NCBI GenBank assembly: GCA_963705105.1
Contig: CAVPIW010000009.1
Span: 294,896-358,895, forward strand
Source: an uncultured Nitrospiraceae bacterium
GTDB taxonomy: Bacteria > Nitrospirota > Thermodesulfovibrionia > Thermodesulfovibrionales > Dissulfurispiraceae
DNA: 64,000 nucleotides
Direction: 5' to 3'
The notes under the pieces: generated by a model
Database searches by the model: none
What the model saw: only the letters and a program-made list of their open reading frames with translations
Told to the model about the DNA's origin: nothing
In this document: one piece after another, positions 1 to 8,562 of the stretch
Numbering within the stretch: the first letter of the stretch is position 1
How the letters are laid out: each line of letters begins with the position of its first letter
Program-made: the position numbers and the translations under genes

Positions 1-1190
1 CTGACGGTCCACGAGCCTGCAAGCGCGTCGAAGGTCATGAGGCCGATGCCCGCCGCCGTCAGTGCCGGCAGAGGCGCGAGCAGGTCGCTCGACAGGGCGT
101 TCACGGTCAGCGCCCTCGTGGTCACATCGTAGCCGGCAAGGGTGATGAGCACCTCGTCATTGAGGGCAGTCGTTACCACCGTGGGCGGCACGTCAGACAG
201 GTTCGTGACTGTGATGGCAGCCGGCAACGTCGTCCCCGCCGCAAAGGGAATGTAGCCGAAGAACTTGCCCGTCGCCGGGTCGCCCACCATGTTCGTCGCG
301 GTGAGGCCCGTGCCGCTGACCTGCAGGTTGGCGGTACCGATCGATGTGGCGAAGACGGTCACAAAGCCTGCGCCGGTGGCATCCCGTGTGTACGCAGCCC
401 GGTCCACCTTCAGCGGGCTCGGGATCGCACCGGTGAAGACCTTGCCGGCCACGAAAAAGAGATTAGACCTGACACTGTTCAGTCCTGTCCCGCCCAGATT
501 ACCCGGGTTGATGCCGGGTCCGTCAATCTGGATGAAATTCGTTCCGAAGGGGCTCCCCGTCACCGTATGCGGCACCCCCGGGTCGCCGATATACTGGTTT
601 CCCGCCGCATCGAAGATCGGGAGACCCGTGTCCCACCTCAGGAAGGGACCGAGGTTGCCGTTCAGCGCTCCGACGAAATCGAGGGGCGCAATGGGGATGT
701 CCTCGGTAAAACCCTGCGGAGCGTGGGGAGGCGCCAGCACCTTGACACCGAAGGGGTGTGTCACCGTATACGTCGCGTTCGGATCGGGAACGTCGAACCT
801 GATCCGAAGCCTCGTGAAGACCATCTGCTGGGTGTTGACCGGCACACCGTTCAGGAAGGTCCCTTCCAGGGCGAACCTGATCTGACGGACGCTGGCAGGG
901 AGCGTTGCAGGATCATGATCCGCGATAAAGAAAAAGAGTTCGCCCGGGAAATTCGCCGGAAAGGAGACGGGCAGGTTGGGGTTAAAGGTCGCATCGGGCA
1001 GAAGGATGCAGAGCCCGTTGTTGACCAGACAGGGCTCAAGGGCGAGACCTGCCGTGTCCCGGTAGAAAACCGGGAAACCGTTGGTGGGACTGACCGGTCC
1101 CACGTCCGAAAGGATGGCGTGGGCTGCCGCAGCGAGGCCCAGCACAAGAAAAACAGCTGCGAAAGTCAGGGTGATGCGTTTCGCTCTCAT
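1..1190 (-). CDS. Secreted protein, 3' end runs off the window; carries the N-terminal domain shared with the FG-GAP-like proteins at 1386 and 14916
   Basis: Not in the ORF track; read by hand. ATG at 1190 after a GGAGG RBS. MRAKRITLTFAAVFLVLGLAAAAHA signal peptide, then GPVSPTNGFPVFYRD..GLALEPC...FTRLRIR...HPFG...YIGDPGVPHTVTGSPFGTN...VAGK. No stop seen before base 1. Confidence 0.85.
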   Translation of the reverse strand, partial: MRAKRITLTFAAVFLVLGLAAAAHAILSDVGPVSPTNGFPVFYRDTAGLALEPCLVNNGLCILLPDATFNPNLPVSFPANFPGELFFFIADHDPATLPASVRQIRFALEGTFLNGVPVNTQQMVFTRLRIRFDVPDPNATYTVTHPFGVKVLAPPHAPQGFTEDIPIAPLDFVGALNGNLGPFLRWDTGLPIFDAAGNQYIGDPGVPHTVTGSPFGTNFIQIDGPGINPGNLGGTGLNSVRSNLFFVAGKVFTGAIPSPLKVDRAAYTRDATGAGFVTVFATSIGTANLQVSGTGLTATNMVGDPATGKFFGYIPFAAGTTLPAAITVTNLSDVPPTVVTTALNDEVLITLAGYDVTTRALTVNALSSDLLAPLPALTAAGIGLMTFDALAGSWTV

Positions 1191-1322
1191 AGACTACCTC
1201 CACCTCTATCATAGATTGGGTGCGCTGAAACCGCACCCTTCCATCAATTATACCTCAGGGGGCTCCGTATTCAAACAGAGGGGAACGGAAGGAACGTCCG
1301 AACAAAAGCTTGTGGTCACCTG

Positions 1323-1360
1323 AAAAGAAGAAGGGGGGCAGGATTGCCCTGCCCCCCTTT
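1323..1360 (-). terminator. Intrinsic terminator after FG-GAP-like gene copy 1
   Basis: GGGGGGCAGG-attg-CCCTGCCCCCC hairpin followed by a U-rich run on the minus strand; near-identical copy at 14856-14887. Confidence 0.75.
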
Positions 1361-1385
1361 GTCAGGATTTGTACTCGATACGTCC

Positions 1386-3131
1386 CTACGGGTTCCTGAT
1401 CGTCCAGGTTATCCCGTTGGGAGAGGTCCAGATCTTGCCGCTCAGCGCGTTGAGAATGGAGATCTCGGAGCCGAGCCTGCCGAGATACATCAGCTCGTCT
1501 GCCGTGCCGGCCAGGGTCACCCAACCGGAGTTGCCCGGGGCTGCGACAGGGGTGTTCGCGATCCAGATCTTCCTGGTTGCGGCGTTGATACCGCCGAACT
1601 CGTCGCCCAGTCTGGCGGCGTTGAAGTCACCGGCCGTGATCTCGCCCAGCGTGCCCGTCGTGTTCGTCCAGGTCGCCAGGTCGGTGGTGAACCAGATCTT
1701 CCCGGCGGCGCTCAGGCCCGCCAGGTCGTCAAGGCCATCGTTGTTGAAGTCGCCGATCGTCATCGAGGCGAGGGTGCCGGGCGCATTGACCCAGATCGCG
1801 CCGAGGTCCGTGCTGAACCATATCTTGCCGGCAGCGCTCAGGCCGATGATGTCAGTCGTCCCGACGTTGTCGAAGTTGAAGGACTTGATCTGCGCAAGGC
1901 TGCCCGTGGCAGTCTGCGTCAGGTTGACCATGGTCGTGGAGACGAGCACCCGGTTTGCCGTGGAGATACCGGCAATTTCCTCGCCGAGCCTGGCAACGTT
2001 GAAGTCGCCGGCCACGATGTCTTTTACGAGCGTGCCGAGCGGCGCCGTCGGCAATGCCGTGGCGGTCAGCATGTCGTTGTAGACGAAGACCGTGCCGGCG
2101 GTGGTGACGATGGCGATCTCGTCGCCAAGCCTCGCGTTGTTGAAGTTTCCGGAAATGACCTTCGCCACCGTCGCGCCCACAGGCGGGGTCAGCCTGATCC
2201 ACGTCGAGAGGGTCGTGCTGAACCACGCCGAGTTGACGTCACCGACCTGGGCGTTGTTGCCGATGGCCGCGATGTCCTGCTGGCCGTCGCCGTCGAAGTC
2301 ACCCTTCGCAATGGCCGTCGCCACGGCCAGGGTGTCGAAGAGCTTGCCCTGGACCAAGAACTGAGTCGTCGTCAGAGGGGCCAGGGGCGGGCAGGTGACC
2401 GTAAACACGTTGTTGCCCGTCGGGCTGCCCGTGACGGTCTGCGGCACGTTGGGGTTGCCTATGTAACCCACAGGAGCAGGCGGAGCGACTGCCGTCAGGA
2501 AGATGCTGAGCGCATTGCCCCAGGGATCACCCACGCTGGGGGGGATAGGAGTTGCCATAATGGAGTAGCCCAGAGGGGGCAGCCTGGTTTCACAGGGCAA
2601 GGCCGGGATTCCGTCAACGCAGCCGTAATCCGTCGTGAAGTTGAGGGTTCCCGCTGCGTCAGTGGTCAGGATGTCGCCTCCGGCTGAGGAGAAGGGATGC
2701 ACGATCGTACACGCCGTATTCAGCGGCAGCCCGCTCCCCCTCACACGGATGCGGTTGAAGGCCCACTGGAAACCGTCCACGGCACTGCCGTCGGCAGTCC
2801 CGAAAGCCGCCTCAACAGCCAGGACGAGTGATGCTTCAGGCGCAGGCGGCGGTCCTCCGACAGCCGTGTCTGCAGCCCACCAGAAGCCCTCACCGCCGCC
2901 AAAACCGATGATCTGCTCGAAGGGTGTGACCGGCGCAACGGCAAGGCAGTTGGGGTCTCCGCCGGGGCAGAGACCGAGCCGCAGGCCAGCCTTGTCCTGA
3001 ACCCAAATCGGGTAGCCGGTGGCCGCGTCAACGGGGCCGATCGCCCCCAACTCCGCGAATGCGGGTACACTGAAAGCCATAACGACCGCAAGGGCCATCA
3101 TGAGAGTCGCTATCTTGATCCTCATACTCAT
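1386..3131 (-). CDS. Secreted protein: Cys-containing N-terminal domain plus C-terminal FG-GAP/VCBS-like repeats (copy 1)
   Basis: Start MSMRIK at 3131 after GAGGAG; signal peptide ending PAFA; repeated GDF(N/D)xxxxxD.AG....GKIW.T.D...W....GTL units. Confidence 0.85.
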   Translation of the reverse strand: MSMRIKIATLMMALAVVMAFSVPAFAELGAIGPVDAATGYPIWVQDKAGLRLGLCPGGDPNCLAVAPVTPFEQIIGFGGGEGFWWAADTAVGGPPPAPEASLVLAVEAAFGTADGSAVDGFQWAFNRIRVRGSGLPLNTACTIVHPFSSAGGDILTTDAAGTLNFTTDYGCVDGIPALPCETRLPPLGYSIMATPIPPSVGDPWGNALSIFLTAVAPPAPVGYIGNPNVPQTVTGSPTGNNVFTVTCPPLAPLTTTQFLVQGKLFDTLAVATAIAKGDFDGDGQQDIAAIGNNAQVGDVNSAWFSTTLSTWIRLTPPVGATVAKVISGNFNNARLGDEIAIVTTAGTVFVYNDMLTATALPTAPLGTLVKDIVAGDFNVARLGEEIAGISTANRVLVSTTMVNLTQTATGSLAQIKSFNFDNVGTTDIIGLSAAGKIWFSTDLGAIWVNAPGTLASMTIGDFNNDGLDDLAGLSAAGKIWFTTDLATWTNTTGTLGEITAGDFNAARLGDEFGGINAATRKIWIANTPVAAPGNSGWVTLAGTADELMYLGRLGSEISILNALSGKIWTSPNGITWTIRNP

Positions 3132-3365
3132 TTGCTCCTCCTTTTCTCTGTTCATGTATACAGCGAGTCGATCTGAAACCGATCGTCCTCACATTTCACG
3201 TCGCCCTCCGGACGGGATGTCCTGAGGAGACAACGGAACTCCTCACCATGGTACGTCTCTTTCTCTCCCGCATCACCACCTTTCATGAGCAGTCGGTCTG
3301 ACGGAAAAAAGACCGCTGTCTCACCCCGGCACATGGCCGGGTGCTGAATCTCTGAAGTTTTAATT

Positions 3366-3381
3366 AGCAAGTCTTCTGCCA
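3366..3381 (-). promoter_or_regulatory. sigma54 -24/-12 promoter
   Basis: Minus strand TGGCAGAAGACTTGCT, GG-N10-GC spacing. Confidence 0.75.
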
Positions 3382-3540
3382 GCGATATGTCATTGTCACA
3401 TATGCTCTTCTCACATAGCTGTGACACTTCTGTCATGCAACAGAGCCGACAATCCTGGCAGGGTCTGACAAAAAAGACAGATCCCCGATGCCACGAACTG
3501 CCCATCCCTCCTAATTCGATTATACATCAAAAAAGACTAC

Positions 3541-3661
3541 CTCGCAAAAAGTCCCGTAAAGGGCTTGTCCGTCATTCCCGTGCAGACTGGAATCCAGTCC
3601 TTTCAGGCAGTTATTTATTCTCTGGATACCCGCCTTCGCGGGTATGACGACTTTTTACGAG
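3541..3661. repeat. REP-like palindromic element (GTCATTCCCG...GGAATCC / GGATACCCG...CGGGTATGAC) with outer inverted repeat
   Basis: Outer IR CTCGCAAAAAGTC / GACTTTTTACGAG; near-identical core at 27728-27845, related copy at 42935-42992. Confidence 0.75.
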
Positions 3662-3733
3662 CCCGTCAAAAAATACACTTTCCCAAATGACCGGATTGCC
3701 TCATAAAGAAAGGCTACAAGTTAACCTTGCATA

Positions 3734-3887
3734 GAAAGGCGGGGCGAAGCACTCTGAAAACAGTGTCAGTGTGAGTGTCAGTGTCGGAAAAGATGTCCAA
3801 TTCTCCTGACATCGGCTTATGCCTCGTCTTCTGTCACGATACAGGTGTCGCCGCAGCAAGGTTTTCGGCGCATACGCCCCGCCTTTC
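3734..3887. repeat. Miniature inverted-repeat element (GAAAGGCGGGGCG termini) containing an AGTGTC/AGTGTG tract
   Basis: GAAAGGCGGGGCG...CGCCCCGCCTTTC; same arms in inverted orientation at 38725-38888. Confidence 0.7.
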
Positions 3888-3971
3888 CCGGGCGTGTATT
3901 ACAACGATAGGGTTAAGATCAGCGCATCAAAAAAGAAAAATGCGAGAGATCATTGGGTCCGGCGGTAGCAA

Positions 3972-3987
3972 AGCAATTCTGATGCCG
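3972..3987 (-). promoter_or_regulatory. Candidate sigma54 promoter with no adjacent CDS
   Basis: Minus strand CGGCATCAGAATTGCT, GG-N10-GC. Confidence 0.45.
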
Positions 3988-4257
3988 GCAATAGCCTTGA
4001 AAATCCTCTTTTATTTCAGCCATGGCCCCGGCTTATCCGTACGTTATATCATAACCTACTGTATGCTTTTTTCTACCCACCCGATGCATGGGCAAACACA
4101 GACGTGCGGGACCACGCGAGGGTTTGAGCCGGAAAGAGCTATGGGTGAGGAGCGCCGAACATTCTCCATAAAAAAAGAGGCAAGGGATGCGTGACGAATG
4201 CACATGCACGCGCACCCTTGCCCCTCCATGTCGAGGCCTCCCCGACGGTCATTCGCC

Positions 4258-6033
4258 TTACGGAAGCGTGACCTCCGTCCATGTGGTCAGATCGGTGCTG
4301 AGCCACACGCGGCCATCATTGCTGATGCCCGCGAGGTCATCCGCTCCGGCGTTGTCGAAGTTGCCCCCGACAACTTTCACCATCACGACTCCTGCCGGCA
4401 CCGGAATCTCGGTGAGGCTCGACATGTTCGTCGTGAAGAAGACCTGCCCGAGACCGTTCACGCCTGCAAGCTCGACGCTGATGCCGGCGCCGTTGAAGTT
4501 ACCCGTCGTGAGCTGCGTGAGAGGGCCTGACAGGGTCGTGGAAACCTCCGTCCAGAGCCCGGCGAGACCCAGGTCGGTCCTGAACCAGACCTTCCCGACG
4601 GCGCTCAAACCTGCCATGTCGGATGTCCCGTTGCCGTCGAAATCGCCGGTGACCATCTTCGCCAGGGTGCCGGTGATGTTCGTCCAGTTCGTGCCCAGGT
4701 CATTGGTGAACCAGATCTTGCCGGCTGCACTGACACCACCGATGTCGCTCACTGCGTCGCCGTTGAAGTCGCCTGTCACGACCTGGGCAAGGGTGCCGCG
4801 CACCTGGGTCCAAAGCCCGCCCGGGAGCAGGTTCGTCCTGATCCATATCTTGCCCGCAGCGCTGATGCCGCCGATGTCGGAGAGGCCGTTGCCGTCGAAG
4901 TCGCCGCTCACAATCTTGGCGAGCGTGCCCGTCAGCAGGGTCAGTGTTGCGAGGTTCTCGCTCAGAAAGACCTGGCCGGCAGCGTTGATGCCTGCAAACT
5001 CATCACCGATGATGCCCGGTTCCAGCACGAAATCGCCCGTCACGATCTGGCTGAGCGGCCCCGGCACGACACTCCACCCGAGGGCCGCGTTTGTTGTGAT
5101 CACCGCCGCCCCGTTGAAGTCGATGCCGGCGAAATCGTCAATGCCGTCGCCGTTGAAGTCACCCTTTGTCAGATCCGCAAGCCCGCGGTTCGCGATCGTC
5201 GCCGGGGCCATGAAGACCGCCGAGTCCCCGCGCTCGTCCACGGCGTCGGCGATGACGATCTTGACGTGATGACTGACGCCGGGGGCGACGGCGGCCGTGG
5301 CGGTCAGCGGGATGCTGAAGCCGTCATACTGCGTGAGGAAAGGCGTGAAGGCCGGGAAAAAGAAGGCCGGCTCGTTGTTGTTGAAGAGACCAGGATTGAC
5401 GAGCGTGTTGACGTTCGCCACCGAAACGAGCCGGTCAAAGGCCGTGGCGCCCGGGACGAGGGCGATGTTCACGCCGTCGATGAAGACCGCCATCAGGTCG
5501 TTCTGGGAAAGAAACCCGGCGTTATTGGGGAAGAGGTGCTCGTCGGAGGCAAAAACGAAGTTAAAAATGATCGTGTTGCCGGTCGGTATGAAGTCGAACT
5601 CCAGGACTGCGGCGTCGCAGGTCGCCTGGGGAGCCGGACCGAGGGCGAGAAGCGCATTGAGGCCCGCGTCACCGCCCTGGCAAACGCCCGCTCCGAAGTG
5701 ACCCGTCGTGACGAGGTCGGCGTCGAAGAGCGGCGTTGACACGTTCGGTATGGCTGCGTTGGCGATGTCTCCGCTGCTGAGCATGATGCCCGCATCCACG
5801 CCGATCCCGTCTGCGGCGGCGCCGCTGAACAGACCGATTGCTGTCAGTGTTGACGGAAAGGCCGTATTGACGCTCGTCGTCACATTGGCCGTCACCGTGC
5901 CCAGCGGCATCAGGGCGTTCACCACGTCCTGCGGGGTCACGGCATTGAGATCCTGCGTGGTGATACCGTAGGCGGCCGTCTGCAGGACAAAGACAAGGAC
6001 AAAGGCCGACAACAACTTATTCAAACCTCTCAT
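4258..6033 (-). CDS. Secreted protein: choice-of-anchor L-like N-terminal domain plus FG-GAP/VCBS-like repeats
   Basis: ATG at 6033 after AGGAGGTG; signal peptide; motifs GIMLSSG, DAAVLEFDF.P, FNFVFASDE, NIALVPG, YDGF, KIVIAD..D...DSAVF; C-terminal GDFNGDG repeats. Confidence 0.8.
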   Translation of the reverse strand: MRGLNKLLSAFVLVFVLQTAAYGITTQDLNAVTPQDVVNALMPLGTVTANVTTSVNTAFPSTLTAIGLFSGAAADGIGVDAGIMLSSGDIANAAIPNVSTPLFDADLVTTGHFGAGVCQGGDAGLNALLALGPAPQATCDAAVLEFDFIPTGNTIIFNFVFASDEHLFPNNAGFLSQNDLMAVFIDGVNIALVPGATAFDRLVSVANVNTLVNPGLFNNNEPAFFFPAFTPFLTQYDGFSIPLTATAAVAPGVSHHVKIVIADAVDERGDSAVFMAPATIANRGLADLTKGDFNGDGIDDFAGIDFNGAAVITTNAALGWSVVPGPLSQIVTGDFVLEPGIIGDEFAGINAAGQVFLSENLATLTLLTGTLAKIVSGDFDGNGLSDIGGISAAGKIWIRTNLLPGGLWTQVRGTLAQVVTGDFNGDAVSDIGGVSAAGKIWFTNDLGTNWTNITGTLAKMVTGDFDGNGTSDMAGLSAVGKVWFRTDLGLAGLWTEVSTTLSGPLTQLTTGNFNGAGISVELAGVNGLGQVFFTTNMSSLTEIPVPAGVVMVKVVGGNFDNAGADDLAGISNDGRVWLSTDLTTWTEVTLP

Positions 6034-6159
6034 ACAACACCTCCTGGAATTGGATTGGAACTGCAGTTCTTTCATGTCAGGGATCGTTGGCGGCCCACAC
6101 GGCCCGCTGGAAGCACGACGCAGGAAAAGGAAGACCCCCGGGTTATTAACAATACACTA

Positions 6160-6175
6160 TGCAAAAAAGATACCT
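6160..6175 (-). promoter_or_regulatory. Candidate sigma54 promoter
   Basis: Minus strand AGGTATCTTTTTTGCA, GG-N10-GC, with a TGACA-rich block at 6236-6278. Confidence 0.5.
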
Positions 6176-6289
6176 TGCAGAAGCAGCCCCGCATACAATA
6201 AAAACAGGCACTTGCGGGCAAGAGTCCCAGATATGGACTGACAGAAATGGCACAGGACACGTGACAGACGTGGCAGAAGGTTCAGTCAT

Positions 6290-6317
6290 GGCGGGCCGGT
6301 GAAACCGCCGGCCCGCC
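6290..6317 (-). terminator. GC-rich hairpin after the beta-propeller gene
   Basis: GGCGGGCCGG-tgaaaccg-CCGGCCCGCC; U-tail weak. Confidence 0.5.
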
Positions 6318-6332
6318 GACTTCACGACGACA

Positions 6333-8378
6333 CTACTTTCCTGCCCCGACGATGAGCATGACCGGCTTGAGCGAGTCCGCCCGGATGTTCTTCGAGCGGG
6401 ATGTCAGGACGAGGTAGTAGACACCGGGCTGGTCGAGCCTGACCGGCACCTCGTAGACGCCTTCTCCGGTATGGCGGCCGGCGAACATGAAGTTGCTCAT
6501 GCTCGCCGCATGGAAGGTCTGCACAACCAGGTCGCCCGCGTCCTCGATCGCCTTTCCGTTTGCGATGTTGTAGATCCTCACTTTCAGCCTGAAGATCTCT
6601 CCGGCCGCCGCCTGCAGGTCCTTGTTCAGGACCTCCATGTCGGGCTCGCTCTTCCCGGCAAAGGTGGGGTTCGGCGTCGCCGTGAAAGTGAAACAGTGGC
6701 TCATCTTGGGCGAGTCGAGGAAGATCGCTACCTCAAAGTCCCCGCTCCCGGGCACGCGGATCGTCGAGGCGTAGACACCGGGCTCGACGGGCCTGAGGTT
6801 CCTGTTCACCGTGAGCACCGCCCTCGGCACCTGTCCGCCGTAGCTCCTGAAGCTCCCCATGGCGACGTCCATGCCTTCCATGTAATAGTAAATCTTCTCG
6901 TCGGCCGGGTTGACGATGAGGATATGGCCCTCCATGAATGTGGGCAGGATCATGTCGGCCGGCGAGTAATAGCGGGAGTTACCGGGGGGCTTCTCGCCGC
7001 CGGGGATGTTGAACGTCCGCAGGACCTCGGCCTTCCCCAGGGTCGTATGGTCGATCATCGTGTACTTCGCGTCCGCCCGGGAGTGGATGAACGCGAAGGT
7101 CCGCGAAAAGGTGATCTGGTCCGGTTCAGGCATGACCTCGACAGTATGGGCGACGGTGTTGTTCGAGGCGTCGATGATGGAGACGACGTTCTCCCTGCCG
7201 TTCGCGGCAAAACCCCACCGGTCGCCGGGAGCGAACCTCATCACCTGCAGGCCCGGCTTCAACCGGATCACGGCCGTCTCGTCAAAGCCCTTGCCGCCGA
7301 TTACCCTGATCGTCCCCTCGCCCTCACTCGTCACGTAGGCCGATTTACTTAGAGACGAGTATGTGACGGACGACGGTACCGTGCCCGCCTTGATGTCCGT
7401 CACCTTTGCAAGCTTCTGCACGTCGATGACGGACAGTGTGCCGTCCCCGCTGTTGGTGACGAAGGCGAAGAGACTGTCGTCGGAGAATGCTACTGTGTGC
7501 CGGCCCGCGCCGGTCTTTATCGTGGCGGCCAGTTCCTGTTTCGACGCGTCGATCACGGCCACCCCCCCCTCATCGGGCGTGTCCGAGTCGAGGGAAACCC
7601 ATATGTATCGCTTATCGGGCTGCAGCGCGATCTTCTGAGGGTTCTTGCCGACGGCGATGTTCTTCGAGACTTCGAACTTCTCGATGTTCACCACGGCCAC
7701 AAGTCCTGCGCGGGGCAGCGTGACGAAGAGGTTCCGCTCGTCGGCGCCGTAGGTCCAGTCCTGGGCCGGCGCCCGCAGGTGAACGACGGTGAAGAGCGAC
7801 GTCTTTCCGGCGAGCGACACGTAGGGATCGATCACGTTGATCGAGGCGTCGTTGTTCATGGCAAGGACGTAATAGCCGTTCAGATCGATCAGGGGCCGGT
7901 ACGCGACGATGCCTTTGAAATAGGCCCTGATCTTGTCGGCGCACCCGACAGGACCGATGGCCGGATGGTCCTTCTGCGCCGCTTTCCTCGCATCCACCCA
8001 TGAGCCGGGGTACAGGGACTGGATGGGGTTACCCGTCGTGCTGTCAGTGATCCTGAAACGGAGCTCCGTGAGCTCGCCCTCGACGATCTCTGCGCCGTAG
8101 AGCGGTTTCACCGTCAGCTCGATATTGATGCCCTTGTCGCTGAACTCCTGACGATGGAGCTTCGGCTCCGCCTGTTTCATCGCCTCGGGTGTGAGTTCTT
8201 TTGTGCCGATCACGAGCGGCGCCTGCGGGGCGCCGGCCTGACCGAAGGCGGGCATGAAAGACCCCGTGAAAAGGACCATCGCCGCGACCATCGATACCGC
8301 TACGGCGAGGCATCCCTTCCGGGCGGTCTTCGTGTAAGACCGGTCGGATGTTTTTCTGATATCCCTTTTGAATAACAT
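6333..8378 (-). CDS. YVTN/cytochrome d1-like beta-propeller protein with C-terminal Ig-like (YtkA/FixH-like) domain; MCO-cluster accessory protein
   Basis: ATG at 8378 after GAGGAG; N-terminal signal/TM; repeated FVTN..DGTLSVID / I.VG..P blades; terminal GEGVYE..V....PGVYY. Confidence 0.8.
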   Translation of the reverse strand: MLFKRDIRKTSDRSYTKTARKGCLAVAVSMVAAMVLFTGSFMPAFGQAGAPQAPLVIGTKELTPEAMKQAEPKLHRQEFSDKGINIELTVKPLYGAEIVEGELTELRFRITDSTTGNPIQSLYPGSWVDARKAAQKDHPAIGPVGCADKIRAYFKGIVAYRPLIDLNGYYVLAMNNDASINVIDPYVSLAGKTSLFTVVHLRAPAQDWTYGADERNLFVTLPRAGLVAVVNIEKFEVSKNIAVGKNPQKIALQPDKRYIWVSLDSDTPDEGGVAVIDASKQELAATIKTGAGRHTVAFSDDSLFAFVTNSGDGTLSVIDVQKLAKVTDIKAGTVPSSVTYSSLSKSAYVTSEGEGTIRVIGGKGFDETAVIRLKPGLQVMRFAPGDRWGFAANGRENVVSIIDASNNTVAHTVEVMPEPDQITFSRTFAFIHSRADAKYTMIDHTTLGKAEVLRTFNIPGGEKPPGNSRYYSPADMILPTFMEGHILIVNPADEKIYYYMEGMDVAMGSFRSYGGQVPRAVLTVNRNLRPVEPGVYASTIRVPGSGDFEVAIFLDSPKMSHCFTFTATPNPTFAGKSEPDMEVLNKDLQAAAGEIFRLKVRIYNIANGKAIEDAGDLVVQTFHAASMSNFMFAGRHTGEGVYEVPVRLDQPGVYYLVLTSRSKNIRADSLKPVMLIVGAGK

Positions 8379-8501
8379 TATTGGCTCCTCGTGTCTCAAT
8401 TATTTCAGACGTCCTTATCTCTCCCGAGAGAGGGTTCCCGACGCTGTTTTTTCAAATTATAGTATACCGCCCCAGCCGGTGAAAAAGAACCCCTGACGTG
8501 C

Positions 8502-8540
8502 AAAAGAGAGGGGGGTGCAGCCGAGGCCGCACCCCCCTTC
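8502..8540 (-). terminator. Intrinsic terminator after MCO copy 1
   Basis: GGGGGGTGC-agccgaggcc-GCACCCCCC hairpin followed by a pyrimidine run on the minus strand. Confidence 0.6.
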
Positions 8541-8562
8541 GTTTCACGCTGTGCTTACGAGG

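Noticed and set aside
3152..3505. Leader peptide starting MKGG upstream of the FG-GAP-like genes
   Set aside because: The reading frame is not conserved in the paralogous leader, where it stops after 15 codons; conservation is at nucleotide level.
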